In this document: positions 47,112 to 55,574 of the stretch, in pieces
Position numbering within the stretch: position 1 is the first letter of the stretch
Layout: the number at the start of each line of letters is the position of its first letter
DNA from: an uncultured Oscillospiraceae bacterium
GTDB lineage: Bacteria; Bacillota; Clostridia; Oscillospirales; Ruminococcaceae
NCBI GenBank assembly: GCA_964370165.1
Contig: CAYJIG010000001.1
Location: 32,292-96,291, forward strand
Direction: 5' to 3'
DNA length: 64,000 nt
Position numbers and translations under genes: made by a program
Notes under the pieces: model-generated
Databases searched by the model: none
Seen by the model: only the letters and a program-made list of their open reading frames with translations
Told to the model about the DNA's origin: nothing

Positions 47112-48038
47112 TCAAGTCAATAAGTCGCTGACTTCCAGCATGTTTTCCCAATATCGCTTAGGCATCATGCTCATTCTGCAACGTGGGTTTTCACGAGCCT
47201 TGATGGCGATAGTGTTGTAGAACTGCTTCCATAGCCTTCTGTAATTTTCTTCGGCTTCGCTTGCTTTGGGAAAAGTAATGTCTTCAAGTGGGATGATACG
47301 CGCTTGACTATTTTCATATATAAGAGCAGCTTTATGTGTTTTATCGTGGATTAAAAATTTTTCTTCCCTATATCGTGCTACAAAATGATGCTGTAAAAAT
47401 GGTAAAACAAAGTTTTTGGGTGTGATGGTAGCCGCTAAAACACCGTCATAGTCGGAAAATCTGATGAAGCCTTTCAACAAATGTGCCTCGCCATGCAAAT
47501 GCTTGACAGCAGATAATATAGGCTGAACATCACCATGCCCAAACAAATAACACGCAGGCGCACCGATTTGATATCCTAGCAATAAAAAACGTAACATGGC
47601 TAATTCTTTTTCTTGTAAGCAGCTTAGAAATGTGGTTTCAATAAGTTCCAGTGCTCGTTGAGAAATCTTTTTTGAAAGGGAGGTCTCTACTTTATAGGAT
47701 TTTTCGGCATCGGTAGTTATATGTTTAGTAGAAAAAAAGCTGGGTTGCATCTCGGACTCTGGCCAAATATGCATCGGGACCTCATGTGTATAAACGCTTT
47801 CATACACACAAGAGTAAAATCCGGCCAAGCTACCGTCGTAAACGTAAACAACATCCGACGGCGTAGCAAGTGGCTTTTTTTTATTCGCAGCGGCAGAAGC
47901 AGATATATCACCATGAAGATTTTTTTGATAATATACTCCTTCACGTAATTTTTGGCATAAATCAGCGTGGCGGCAATTTGTTTTTTTGCAGTAATACTTT
48001 TTGCCACAAGGCATGAGGATGTCTGTTTCGCAAGGCAT
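47112..48038 (-). CDS. TIGR03915/DUF4130-family putative DNA metabolism/repair protein with Cys-rich N-terminal extension
   Basis: VYVYDGSLAGFYSCVYESVY..., HLLKGFIRFSDYDGVLAATITPKNFVLPFLQHHFVARY and LWKQFYNTIAIKARENPRCRMSMMPKRYWENMLE match my recollection of the family. AAGGAGA lies 8 nt before ATG 48038. Confidence 0.8.
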   Translation of the reverse strand: MPCETDILMPCGKKYYCKKTNCRHADLCQKLREGVYYQKNLHGDISASAAANKKKPLATPSDVVYVYDGSLAGFYSCVYESVYTHEVPMHIWPESEMQPSFFSTKHITTDAEKSYKVETSLSKKISQRALELIETTFLSCLQEKELAMLRFLLLGYQIGAPACYLFGHGDVQPILSAVKHLHGEAHLLKGFIRFSDYDGVLAATITPKNFVLPFLQHHFVARYREEKFLIHDKTHKAALIYENSQARIIPLEDITFPKASEAEENYRRLWKQFYNTIAIKARENPRCRMSMMPKRYWENMLEVSDLLT

Positions 48039-48075
48039 AAAACAAGTCTCCTTTATTTTGGAATAGGCGATTAAA

Positions 48076-49410
48076 TCACATAGCTTCTGCCAAGCGCAAA
48101 ACAGCAGACTCAGCGGCCTCTGCTATACTTTTAGTCTCGTTGTGTTGTGGTAAAGAAGGCGCCCCCGAAGATGGTGAAAACATGCTTAACTGCTCTATAC
48201 CATGATGGAATACGCCCGGGTCAATGAGCGCACGTACAGTGTTTTCTCGGCTAACATGTAGGCCGGTGGGGTTATCACGAGTGGTGATGAAATACTGTGC
48301 ACGTTTAAGGACAACGCCAATTTTTTTGAGTTGCAACATGTCCAGCTTACCTTGGCGACGGGCCACCATGATACGTCTAACACTGGTAGGGCCGATGCCG
48401 GGAACACGAAGCAACATGTCACGGTCTGCCGTGTTTACATCAACAGGGAACAGGTGCATATTATGTATGGCCCAGTTGCATTTTGGGTCCATATACGGGT
48501 TGAAATTTGGCGTAGTTTCATTTAATATTTCTTCGGCACAAAAATTGTATTGCCGCATCAAAAAATCGGCTTGGTATATTCGATGCTCACGTAGCAAAGG
48601 TGGTTTTGTATCGATGGTAGGCAGTAAATTGTCCTCGACCACGGGAATGTAGGCAGAATAAAACACGCGTTTTAGGCTATATTTATCATAAAGGCCTTCA
48701 GCTAATCTCAAAATCTGATAATCAGTTTCGTTTGTAGCACCTACAATCATTTGGGTGGCTTGTCCGGCCGTGGCAAATGATGGCGCATTTTTATATACAG
48801 TCAATTCTTTTGTGTTTTGTGCGCGTGTGTCAGCGATCATTCGCATGGGTGCTAAAATATTTTTTTTCGTTTTGCCGGGCGCTAATTGCTTCAGGCTTTT
48901 CTCGCTGGGGAGCTCTATATTTACTGAAAGACGGTCTGCCAAAAGGCCGAGCTGCCACACCAGCTCAGAAGAAGCACCCGGGATGGTTTTTGCATGTATG
49001 TAACCCCAAAAATTGTGCTTGTGGCGAATAAGGTGCAGAGCGTTAATCATTTTTTCCATGGTGTAGTCAGGGTTTTTAAGTACACCGCTGGAAAGAAAAA
49101 GACCTTCAATATAATTACGACGATAGAATTGTATGGTAAGTTCCGCCAGCTCTTCAGGCGTGAAGGATGTGCGAACAACATCGTTGCTACGACGGTTGAC
49201 ACAATACTTACAGTCGTAAATACACTCGTTGCTCATAAGAACTTTAAGTAAAGAAATGCAGCGGCCATCGGCAGAAAAACTATGGCAACAACCAGCCGGC
49301 ATCGCGCTTCCAAGACCGGTCTGGCCACTTCTGTCGGCGCCGGAAGAAGTGCATGCAGCATCGTATTTGGCGCTGTCTGCCAAAATAGTAAGTTTATCGA
49401 ATAGATCCAT
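48076..49410 (-). CDS. Putative DNA modification/repair radical SAM protein (TIGR03916-like)
   Basis: ILADSAKYDAACTSSG...CCHSFSADGRCISLLKVLMSNECIYDCKYCVNR (CxxxCxxC), RRNYIEGLFLSSG, and C-terminal helix-hairpin-helix LLRVPGIGPTSVRRI. Confidence 0.85.
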   Translation of the reverse strand: MDLFDKLTILADSAKYDAACTSSGADRSGQTGLGSAMPAGCCHSFSADGRCISLLKVLMSNECIYDCKYCVNRRSNDVVRTSFTPEELAELTIQFYRRNYIEGLFLSSGVLKNPDYTMEKMINALHLIRHKHNFWGYIHAKTIPGASSELVWQLGLLADRLSVNIELPSEKSLKQLAPGKTKKNILAPMRMIADTRAQNTKELTVYKNAPSFATAGQATQMIVGATNETDYQILRLAEGLYDKYSLKRVFYSAYIPVVEDNLLPTIDTKPPLLREHRIYQADFLMRQYNFCAEEILNETTPNFNPYMDPKCNWAIHNMHLFPVDVNTADRDMLLRVPGIGPTSVRRIMVARRQGKLDMLQLKKIGVVLKRAQYFITTRDNPTGLHVSRENTVRALIDPGVFHHGIEQLSMFSPSSGAPSLPQHNETKSIAEAAESAVLRLAEAM

Positions 49411-49519
49411 CTGCCGTCTCCTAGCTTATAGCGAGAATAAAAAAGCAAAAACAAACCAGACCGAAGACAAAATATTGCCCAGTTAGTTCCATATATTAAG
49501 CTGAAATTAAATTAAAACT

Positions 49520-50131
49520 TTACCATTGAGCTTTGGTCTCTACTACTTTTCCGGCAATATACAAATGATCCAGCTCTTCACCAGACAAAATAACAGTGTC
49601 ATATGAGGGGTTGAAAGGCTGCAATAAAACAGCGCTACCGCGGCGTCTGAAACGCTTGAGAGTACCCTCGCCTTCACCATAGACAACAACGCCTAAATCG
49701 CCGTCATCGAGAGTTGGTTGTTTACGGACTAGTGCTAGGTCGCCATCCTGGATGCGTGGCTCCATAGAGTCGCCTTTTACAACTAAATAAAAGTAATTTT
49801 CAGGGTCGCGAACTCCCGCAGGCTCACTGCCACAATCTTCTTCAAAGGCCAAAGCACCATAACCGGCCCTAACCGTACCCAGCACAGGAACTAAAGTTTC
49901 TTTGTAGGGTGAATGATAGGAAGGCAACTCAGAAGACTCTTGCTGACCAAGCAGAGAATCTACACTGACATCAAATAAAGCTGAAATACGTAAAAGCGTA
50001 TTAGGATCTGGCGAAGATGCGCCGGTTTCCCATCGTCCAACAGCTTGCTGTGTGATGCCCATATGCGCGGCAAGATCACTTTGGGTCATTTTGTGTTGTT
50101 TACGTAATTGTTTTAACATTTGTGCTAGCAT
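49520..50131 (-). CDS. LexA-like repressor: XRE-type HTH fused to S24 self-cleaving peptidase domain
   Basis: N-terminal LRKQHKMTQSDLAAHMGITQQAVGRWETG (HTH_3), putative Ala-Gly cleavage site in GTVRAGYG, catalytic GDSMEP serine and IAGKVV lysine. GGAGGA lies 5 nt before the ATG. Confidence 0.85.
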   Translation of the reverse strand: MLAQMLKQLRKQHKMTQSDLAAHMGITQQAVGRWETGASSPDPNTLLRISALFDVSVDSLLGQQESSELPSYHSPYKETLVPVLGTVRAGYGALAFEEDCGSEPAGVRDPENYFYLVVKGDSMEPRIQDGDLALVRKQPTLDDGDLGVVVYGEGEGTLKRFRRRGSAVLLQPFNPSYDTVILSGEELDHLYIAGKVVETKAQW

Positions 50132-50185
50132 ATTTTTCCTCCAGCATAAATTGTAATGTCGTTGTTATAAGATTATTATAGTAAC

Positions 50186-50214
50186 AGTATACAACTAATA
50201 TTTGTATTTGTAAA
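50186..50214 (-). promoter_or_regulatory. Candidate promoter of the LexA-like/radical-SAM operon
   Basis: On the minus strand: TTTACA (50214-50209), 17-nt spacer, TATACT (50191-50186). Confidence 0.5.
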
Positions 50215-50244
50215 GTAAAAAACAAAAAATTATTGTTTTTTCTA

Positions 50245-50273
50245 TTGACAACAATCCAAAGTTGTTGTATGAT
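50245..50273 (+). promoter_or_regulatory. Near-consensus promoter with an embedded inverted repeat (candidate operator) driving the small membrane-protein gene
   Basis: TTGACA (50245-50250), 17-nt spacer, TATGAT (50268-50273). The inverted repeat ACAACAA (50248-50254) / TTGTTGT (50262-50268) spans the spacer. Confidence 0.65.
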
Positions 50274-50325
50274 ATGTTTAACAATTAAAAATTGTATTTA
50301 ACAATTATACACGGAGGACATGAAT

Positions 50326-50589
50326 ATGAACGCATTTTTAGTGAAGATAATAACATTAGGTATGATTTTAGGCGCGGCGTTATCAATGGATTCCTTGTTG
50401 CAAGGTAGCGGTTCGGTATGGGGCGCTGTGTCGTCGTTGCTGTTGTTTTCTATATTAGCATATCACTTTTTCAAAGTGTCTATACGTAAACCTTCTAAAC
50501 GTAAGGCGTATAGCAGTGGTGAGCACATGAATTCACCCGGTTTGCGTGTAGTAAAAACGCATGTGAGCAATCCTTCACAAATAGCATAA
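50326..50589 (+). CDS. Small two-TM membrane protein with basic C-terminal tail (hypothetical)
   Basis: GGAGGA lies 7 nt before ATG 50326 (ATG 50320 is also in frame). TM1 is FLVKIITLGMILGAALSM and TM2 is VWGAVSSLLLFSILAYHFF, followed by a K/R/S-rich tail. A strong promoter lies upstream and a terminator downstream. Confidence 0.55.
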   Translation: MNAFLVKIITLGMILGAALSMDSLLQGSGSVWGAVSSLLLFSILAYHFFKVSIRKPSKRKAYSSGEHMNSPGLRVVKTHVSNPSQIA

Positions 50590-50626
50590 AAAAACTGCAT
50601 GGGCATTTTGTCCATGCAGTTTTTAG
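50588..50626. terminator. Bidirectional terminator between the small ORF and the convergent MFS gene
   Basis: CTGCATGG (50595-50602) pairs with CCATGCAG (50612-50619), flanked by an A-run and a T-run. Confidence 0.8.
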
Positions 50627-50672
50627 GTTATAACTAATATAATGAAATGATGCAAGCAAAGTTGAAAAGTTG

Positions 50673-51995
50673 CTATTCACTATCATAAAGCTCTAGCGTG
50701 CTGTTTGGAGCTATTGGTTTTGCATCTCCGTGACGCACAAATAGCATGGTGACGAAACTGGCGAAAACGAAAAATGCACCATATGGGAAAAGAGAGGTGT
50801 ATCCTATATATTCAAGCGAGGCACCCGATAAAATCGGCGTTATAGTTTGAGCAGACATGGACGCGGTATAATAAAACCCGGTGAAACGCCCAACATCTGC
50901 ATCACGGGCCATTTCAACAACCATTGGATAGCTGTTCACATTGATGGCTGCCCAGGCTATACCGGCGGTGATGAAAATTGGATAAATAGCAGGGGTAAAA
51001 GAATGGAATGTGCTACCTATAGCAAAAGAAGCCCCTAAAAGTAAAACCCCGCCTAAAATGACTTTTTTGCGGCCTATTCGTGTGGCGATTATTCCTACAG
51101 GCCAATAACTAAGAATGGCTGCGGCTTGGGCAATAACAAGTATCATGGCTGACGTGCCGGCACCAAGGCCAAACTGAACGGCGCAATATTTGCTGAAAGA
51201 TGTTGTGATAGCATTATACCCCATAAACCACAAGGCTACACTGGCGAGTAAAAATAGCATAGAACGTTTGCGCTTTGCCGATAAATCCACACCACTATTG
51301 ACATCTTCAGATAGTTCTTCATCGTTTGAATTAAGCCCTAATGCTTTAGATTCTTCTTCCATCTTTTTTGTTAGGGATGGCTCGTTTACTCGTAAAAGCA
51401 TTACTAAGATAGAAACTGCCATAATGGCCATACACAGCAAAAACAAAGGAAGATAGTTTGGCTGATAATCTATAACTCCGCCATCGCCTTCTACAGGACT
51501 GGAAGGTAGTAACACAGGTGTTAAGAGAAGAATTATCAGACCACCAAGAGCGCCCATTAAATTTATTATGGCGTTTCCTTTACTGCGCAAAGGTTTGATG
51601 GTTACATCCGGCATTAGTGCAACGGCGGGACTTCTGTATGTAGCCATAAAAAACAGAGTCAAGCCAAGGCCGGCTATAAACAACGGAAGGCTGGCCAGTT
51701 GGTTGGCAATGGGTATCAGCATCATTGTGGCACATGCGGCAAAGCTGCCAAAAACAATGTATGGCATACGTCGTCCCCATTTGACTCGAGTTTTATCGGA
51801 CAAAGAGCCAAATAAAGGTAGCATAAATAGCGCTAGTATATTGTCAGCGGCCATAATACCGCCGGCGACGGTGTCGCTGATATTAAAAGTGAATTTTAAC
51901 ATTAGAGGGATCACGTGATCATATAATTGCCAAAAACTACATATGGAAAAAAAAGCAAGGCCCACTGTAAGTGTGCGAGCATAATTTAGTTTCAT
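50673..51995 (-). CDS. MFS transporter (glycoside/sugar:cation symporter-like)
   Basis: 440 aa with 12 TM helices. LSDKTRVKWGRRMPYIVFG resembles the loop 2-3 motif of GPH/SLC45-type sugar transporters. Confidence 0.8.
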   Translation of the reverse strand: MKLNYARTLTVGLAFFSICSFWQLYDHVIPLMLKFTFNISDTVAGGIMAADNILALFMLPLFGSLSDKTRVKWGRRMPYIVFGSFAACATMMLIPIANQLASLPLFIAGLGLTLFFMATYRSPAVALMPDVTIKPLRSKGNAIINLMGALGGLIILLLTPVLLPSSPVEGDGGVIDYQPNYLPLFLLCMAIMAVSILVMLLRVNEPSLTKKMEEESKALGLNSNDEELSEDVNSGVDLSAKRKRSMLFLLASVALWFMGYNAITTSFSKYCAVQFGLGAGTSAMILVIAQAAAILSYWPVGIIATRIGRKKVILGGVLLLGASFAIGSTFHSFTPAIYPIFITAGIAWAAINVNSYPMVVEMARDADVGRFTGFYYTASMSAQTITPILSGASLEYIGYTSLFPYGAFFVFASFVTMLFVRHGDAKPIAPNSTLELYDSE

Positions 51996-52071
51996 AAACA
52001 GCTCCTTTAGACGGTGAATTGGTGATGTTTAGATATGTGTGCGAATAGAGGCTTGTTTTTTGAATATAACT

Positions 52072-52116
52072 TACAATAAAATACCGGTGTTCCTTATGAG
52101 AGCAACACCGGTGTAT
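52072..52116 (-). terminator. Rho-independent terminator downstream of the HU gene (minus strand)
   Basis: ACCGGTGTT (about 52083-52091) pairs with AACACCGGT (about 52104-52112). A T-rich run follows on the minus strand. Confidence 0.65.
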
Positions 52117-52142
52117 AATTCAATGAGTTCCGTTATTTTTAC

Positions 52143-52421
52143 TTACTTGCCGGAAATTTTTTGTTTCATTAAGCCACTAGCTTTAAATCCGGGAATACGT
52201 GTGGGATCCAGCTGGCTGGAAACTTTAGTTTTGGGATTTGTGTAAGCTTTGGTTTTGCGGTCGCGCATTTCAAAGCGTCCAAAACCTGCGATGGTTACTT
52301 TTTCTCCGGCCTTCAAGCTTTCGATGATATCGTCTACCATAGTGGTTAAAACGGTTTCTACCTGAGCAGCGGGTAATCCGGTCTGCCGCGCAACTTTTGC
52401 GATTAATTGTGATCGTGTCAT
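52143..52421 (-). CDS. hup: HU-family DNA-binding protein
   Basis: MTRSQLIAKVARQTGL...VTIAGFGRFEMRDRKTKAYTNPKT...IPGFKASG is a canonical HU/IHF fold sequence. Confidence 0.95.
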   Translation of the reverse strand: MTRSQLIAKVARQTGLPAAQVETVLTTMVDDIIESLKAGEKVTIAGFGRFEMRDRKTKAYTNPKTKVSSQLDPTRIPGFKASGLMKQKISGK

Positions 52422-52821
52422 AACTATACGTTACCTCCTAAAATATATCAATACAAACACGAATTGTACATTCGTTTAACAACAGTATAGCCGATATAGC
52501 GTCATTATGCAAGTAAAATTCCCAGTTCTTTTGTTCTTGAAAATAAAGTGTCGTTTTTGATAAATAAAGCAATTATTTGTGAAAAACAAATATGCGATTT
52601 AACCAAATAATTTGTTGGTTGAGAATTGTAAATCTGATAAATATGAACTAATTATCAACAAAAATATAATTTTTTCTAAACTTGCTCACGCAACGAAAAG
52701 ATTTTCCCACAATGCATATTTCGAAGTGATATTCGGTTTATATAATTGTTTAGTAGCATGAAAATATTATTCGATGAAAATGCAATAAAATTAGGAATTA
52801 TAACTAAAAATATGAATAAAT

Positions 52822-53832
52822 TCAGGTGTTTTCACCAGAAAGTAAAAACCACAATTCTTGGGATGAGATGGTTTCAAGGTAGCCGTGGGCCAATGTTTTT
52901 ACACGAGCTACAGTAAAACTATCCTCGTCTTTTGTTTTATCATGAAGTATATACGGCCAAGCATCTTTTGCGCTGCAAGGATATTTTAAAGGTAAATTTA
53001 AGCGTCGCATTATAGCACGTGTGCGGCGCAGCAGGGTTTTGCTTTCGATTAAAGGCAGCATACCTAAAGCGCTACATTCACCGTGTAAAATGCCGGATGA
53101 ATCACAGGCAGACGCTATCCCATTACCTATAAGGTCACCGAAATGTAATAGCATGTGCTGATTTTTATCTGATTCATCTTGCTCAATCAGTCGTTTTTTG
53201 TGTAAAATACTAAGGTATAGTATTTTTTCAATATTTTCAGATATGTCGTCATGTTCAAGTATGGAAAATAAATTTTCGTCAAACAAAAGTGCAATTTTCA
53301 AGGCTTCGGATAAACCGCTGGCATAATGGCGAGGTGGCAGAGTTTTTAATAAAAGAGGATCTGCGATCACAATAGAGGGGTGATGGGATGCACCCAGTAT
53401 GTTTTTTATGCCGTCTAAGTTTAGGGAGTTTTCGCCTCCGACGGCACCAATAGTTTGCGATGTAGTAGTGGGTATATGATAAAAAGATGCACCGTGCATA
53501 TAAGTGCAAGCGGTAAATCCCGCAAGATCGCCCACCGTGCCACCGCCCAGAGCAAGGATGGTATCTTTGGAAGAAAAGTTTTCTTGCAGCATGGATGAAA
53601 CAATAAACTTCCATGTGTCGATACTTTTGCTGGAATTTCCCTGTGGAATAGTGATAAGGAATGGGTTTTGACACTGCGCCATCACGGTTTTTATATATCG
53701 TTTCGGGATGCCGTCGTCAGTGATAATGGCAACTTTTCCGGATAAGTCTGCTAAACTACTGATTTTTTTAAGAACCCCGGACTTTATTATCACATCATAA
53801 CTGCGATGGCCTAAATTTATAGTTTGCTTCAT
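52822..53832 (-). CDS. 3-dehydroquinate synthase-family protein, divergent (catalytic residues substituted)
   Basis: LALGGGTVGDLAGFTACTYMHG...IPTT and HGECSALGM align to AroB motifs. AAGGAG lies 6 nt before ATG 53832. Deviations are described in findings. Confidence 0.8.
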   Translation of the reverse strand: MKQTINLGHRSYDVIIKSGVLKKISSLADLSGKVAIITDDGIPKRYIKTVMAQCQNPFLITIPQGNSSKSIDTWKFIVSSMLQENFSSKDTILALGGGTVGDLAGFTACTYMHGASFYHIPTTTSQTIGAVGGENSLNLDGIKNILGASHHPSIVIADPLLLKTLPPRHYASGLSEALKIALLFDENLFSILEHDDISENIEKILYLSILHKKRLIEQDESDKNQHMLLHFGDLIGNGIASACDSSGILHGECSALGMLPLIESKTLLRRTRAIMRRLNLPLKYPCSAKDAWPYILHDKTKDEDSFTVARVKTLAHGYLETISSQELWFLLSGENT

Positions 53833-54125
53833 TAGAGGCTCCTTTTGAATTGATAAAAACGGAAATATATAAATAATCATTATTATATGATTTTAATGGT
53901 CTTAAAAAAGCAAGATAAGCACTGACGTTTGAATAATATATGTTGACCAAAATGTCTTTTGGCAAAATAAAGTATAACACACCAAATATCGTTGACACAA
54001 GACAGATTAAACTAAAAAGCATTTCACATGGTTTTCACGAGAGGTCAGCATTTTTTTCACATTGTGGGAATATAATAAAAAAAACAAAAGATTACATTGT
54101 TAAAAGTAATGGAAAGGACTATATA

Positions 54126-55418
54126 ATGAATTCACAATATAATAATAATGGTCAAGAACAACAAAATACTGGGGGAAGCTACGCGTATAATGAAGATGAT
54201 ATGTCGTGGCAAAATACATCGGCGCCTCAATATTCATGGGAATATCGAAATAATGGGTGGCAACAAAACAATGTCAGCCCGCCACCGATAAAGCCACCTA
54301 AGAAAAAAGGAAAAGGTGCACTTAAAGGAATTTCTTTAGTGTTAGCGTGCGCAATTGCCGGATTTGGCGGAGGAATGGTAGCGGACTATATAAATGGTAG
54401 CGATCAAACAGTAGTATACCGAACCGCAGAAAATAGCGAAACAGAACCCAGCAACATTTCACTAAATGAAAGTGGATATTCGTTAGCAGATGTTGCGGCT
54501 GTTGCAGGCCAAAGCGTAGTATCTCTTACAACAGAAACCTCGGTATCGCAAGGGTTTGGATTTGGCGAGCAACAGGTGATGGGTGCCGGCAGTGGTGTGA
54601 TTTTAAGTGAAGATGGTACTATTATCACGAATAATCATGTTATAAGCGGTGCTGATAAAGTAACGGTGACATTATCAGATGGCAGTGAGTACGAAGCAGA
54701 AATAGTGGGTGGAGATCCGCTTACTGATGTTGGTGTTATAAAAATTGATGCAGACGGGCTTGTGCCTGCCGTGGTTGGAGATTCTTCCACATTAGCGATT
54801 GGCGAAACTTGTGTAGCTATAGGAAACTCGATGGGAACGCTTGGCGGCACAGTGACTGACGGTATAATTTCAGCGATAGATCGTGATGTATCTATAGAAG
54901 GCTACACCATGGAACTTATACAAATGAGTGCAGCTGTAAGCCCGGGCAACTCTGGCGGCGGTTTGTTTAACAGCAAAGGCGAGCTGATTGGCATTGTGAA
55001 CGCAAAAAGTAGTGATGAGCGCAGTGAAGGTTTGGGATTTGCAATTCCTGTAAATACAGCCATAGAAGTTAGCGAGCAGCTGGTTGAAAGCGGATATGTA
55101 CAAGGCAGGCCAGCAATGGGTATAAGCGCAGTGACTGTTGCCACCGAAGCTGATGCTTATGAGATAGGCGTTTCAAAAGCAGGCGTTTATATAATTGAAA
55201 TCAATAAAAACAGCGCAGCAGAAAAGGCCGGAATGCTGATTGGCGATCGTATCATAAGCGTGGATGGATATGAAGTTCTCAGCTCGTCTGAGCTAGCCAC
55301 GTTGATTTCTGAAAAAGAAGTAGGAGACGCAGTAGAAGTTATCCTAGAGCGTGAAGGCCGTGTGGAAACTATTACTGTAACGTTACAAGAATCGCAAGCA
55401 TCCACTGCAGCTGAATAA
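54126..55418 (+). CDS. htrA: HtrA/DegP-family serine protease with PDZ domain
   Basis: Q/N-rich cytoplasmic N-terminus, one TM, TNNHVI (His), GDPLTDVGVIKI (Asp), GNSGGGLFN (Ser), and a C-terminal PDZ (AAEKAGMLIGDRIISVDG). Confidence 0.9.
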   Translation: MNSQYNNNGQEQQNTGGSYAYNEDDMSWQNTSAPQYSWEYRNNGWQQNNVSPPPIKPPKKKGKGALKGISLVLACAIAGFGGGMVADYINGSDQTVVYRTAENSETEPSNISLNESGYSLADVAAVAGQSVVSLTTETSVSQGFGFGEQQVMGAGSGVILSEDGTIITNNHVISGADKVTVTLSDGSEYEAEIVGGDPLTDVGVIKIDADGLVPAVVGDSSTLAIGETCVAIGNSMGTLGGTVTDGIISAIDRDVSIEGYTMELIQMSAAVSPGNSGGGLFNSKGELIGIVNAKSSDERSEGLGFAIPVNTAIEVSEQLVESGYVQGRPAMGISAVTVATEADAYEIGVSKAGVYIIEINKNSAAEKAGMLIGDRIISVDGYEVLSSSELATLISEKEVGDAVEVILEREGRVETITVTLQESQASTAAE

Positions 55419-55574
55419 AATGAATTTCATGGAAACCGAAAATAACGATAAAAAGTGGTAAAAAACACACCAAAAATGGTTTTTAACAAAATTGTCACAT
55501 TTTGTTTATATAATAATTTAGCTTGCAGAAAGATATTGTAAGTAGAAAAGCAAAGTTCATCTGGGAAATGTTGG

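Noticed and set aside
49411-50320. Search for a canonical Firmicutes SOS (Cheo) box GAAC-n4-GTTC near the LexA-like operon
   Set aside because: None was found. The repressor has an XRE-type HTH, so a different operator (ACAA-type repeats) is more plausible. I therefore do not call this gene lexA.
52422-54125. AT-rich stretch containing the DHQS-like gene, considered as a horizontally acquired islet
   Set aside because: By-eye base composition of the coding part is only slightly below the rest of the window. There is no integrase, no flanking direct repeats and no tRNA. The AT-rich parts are simply promoter and spacer regions.
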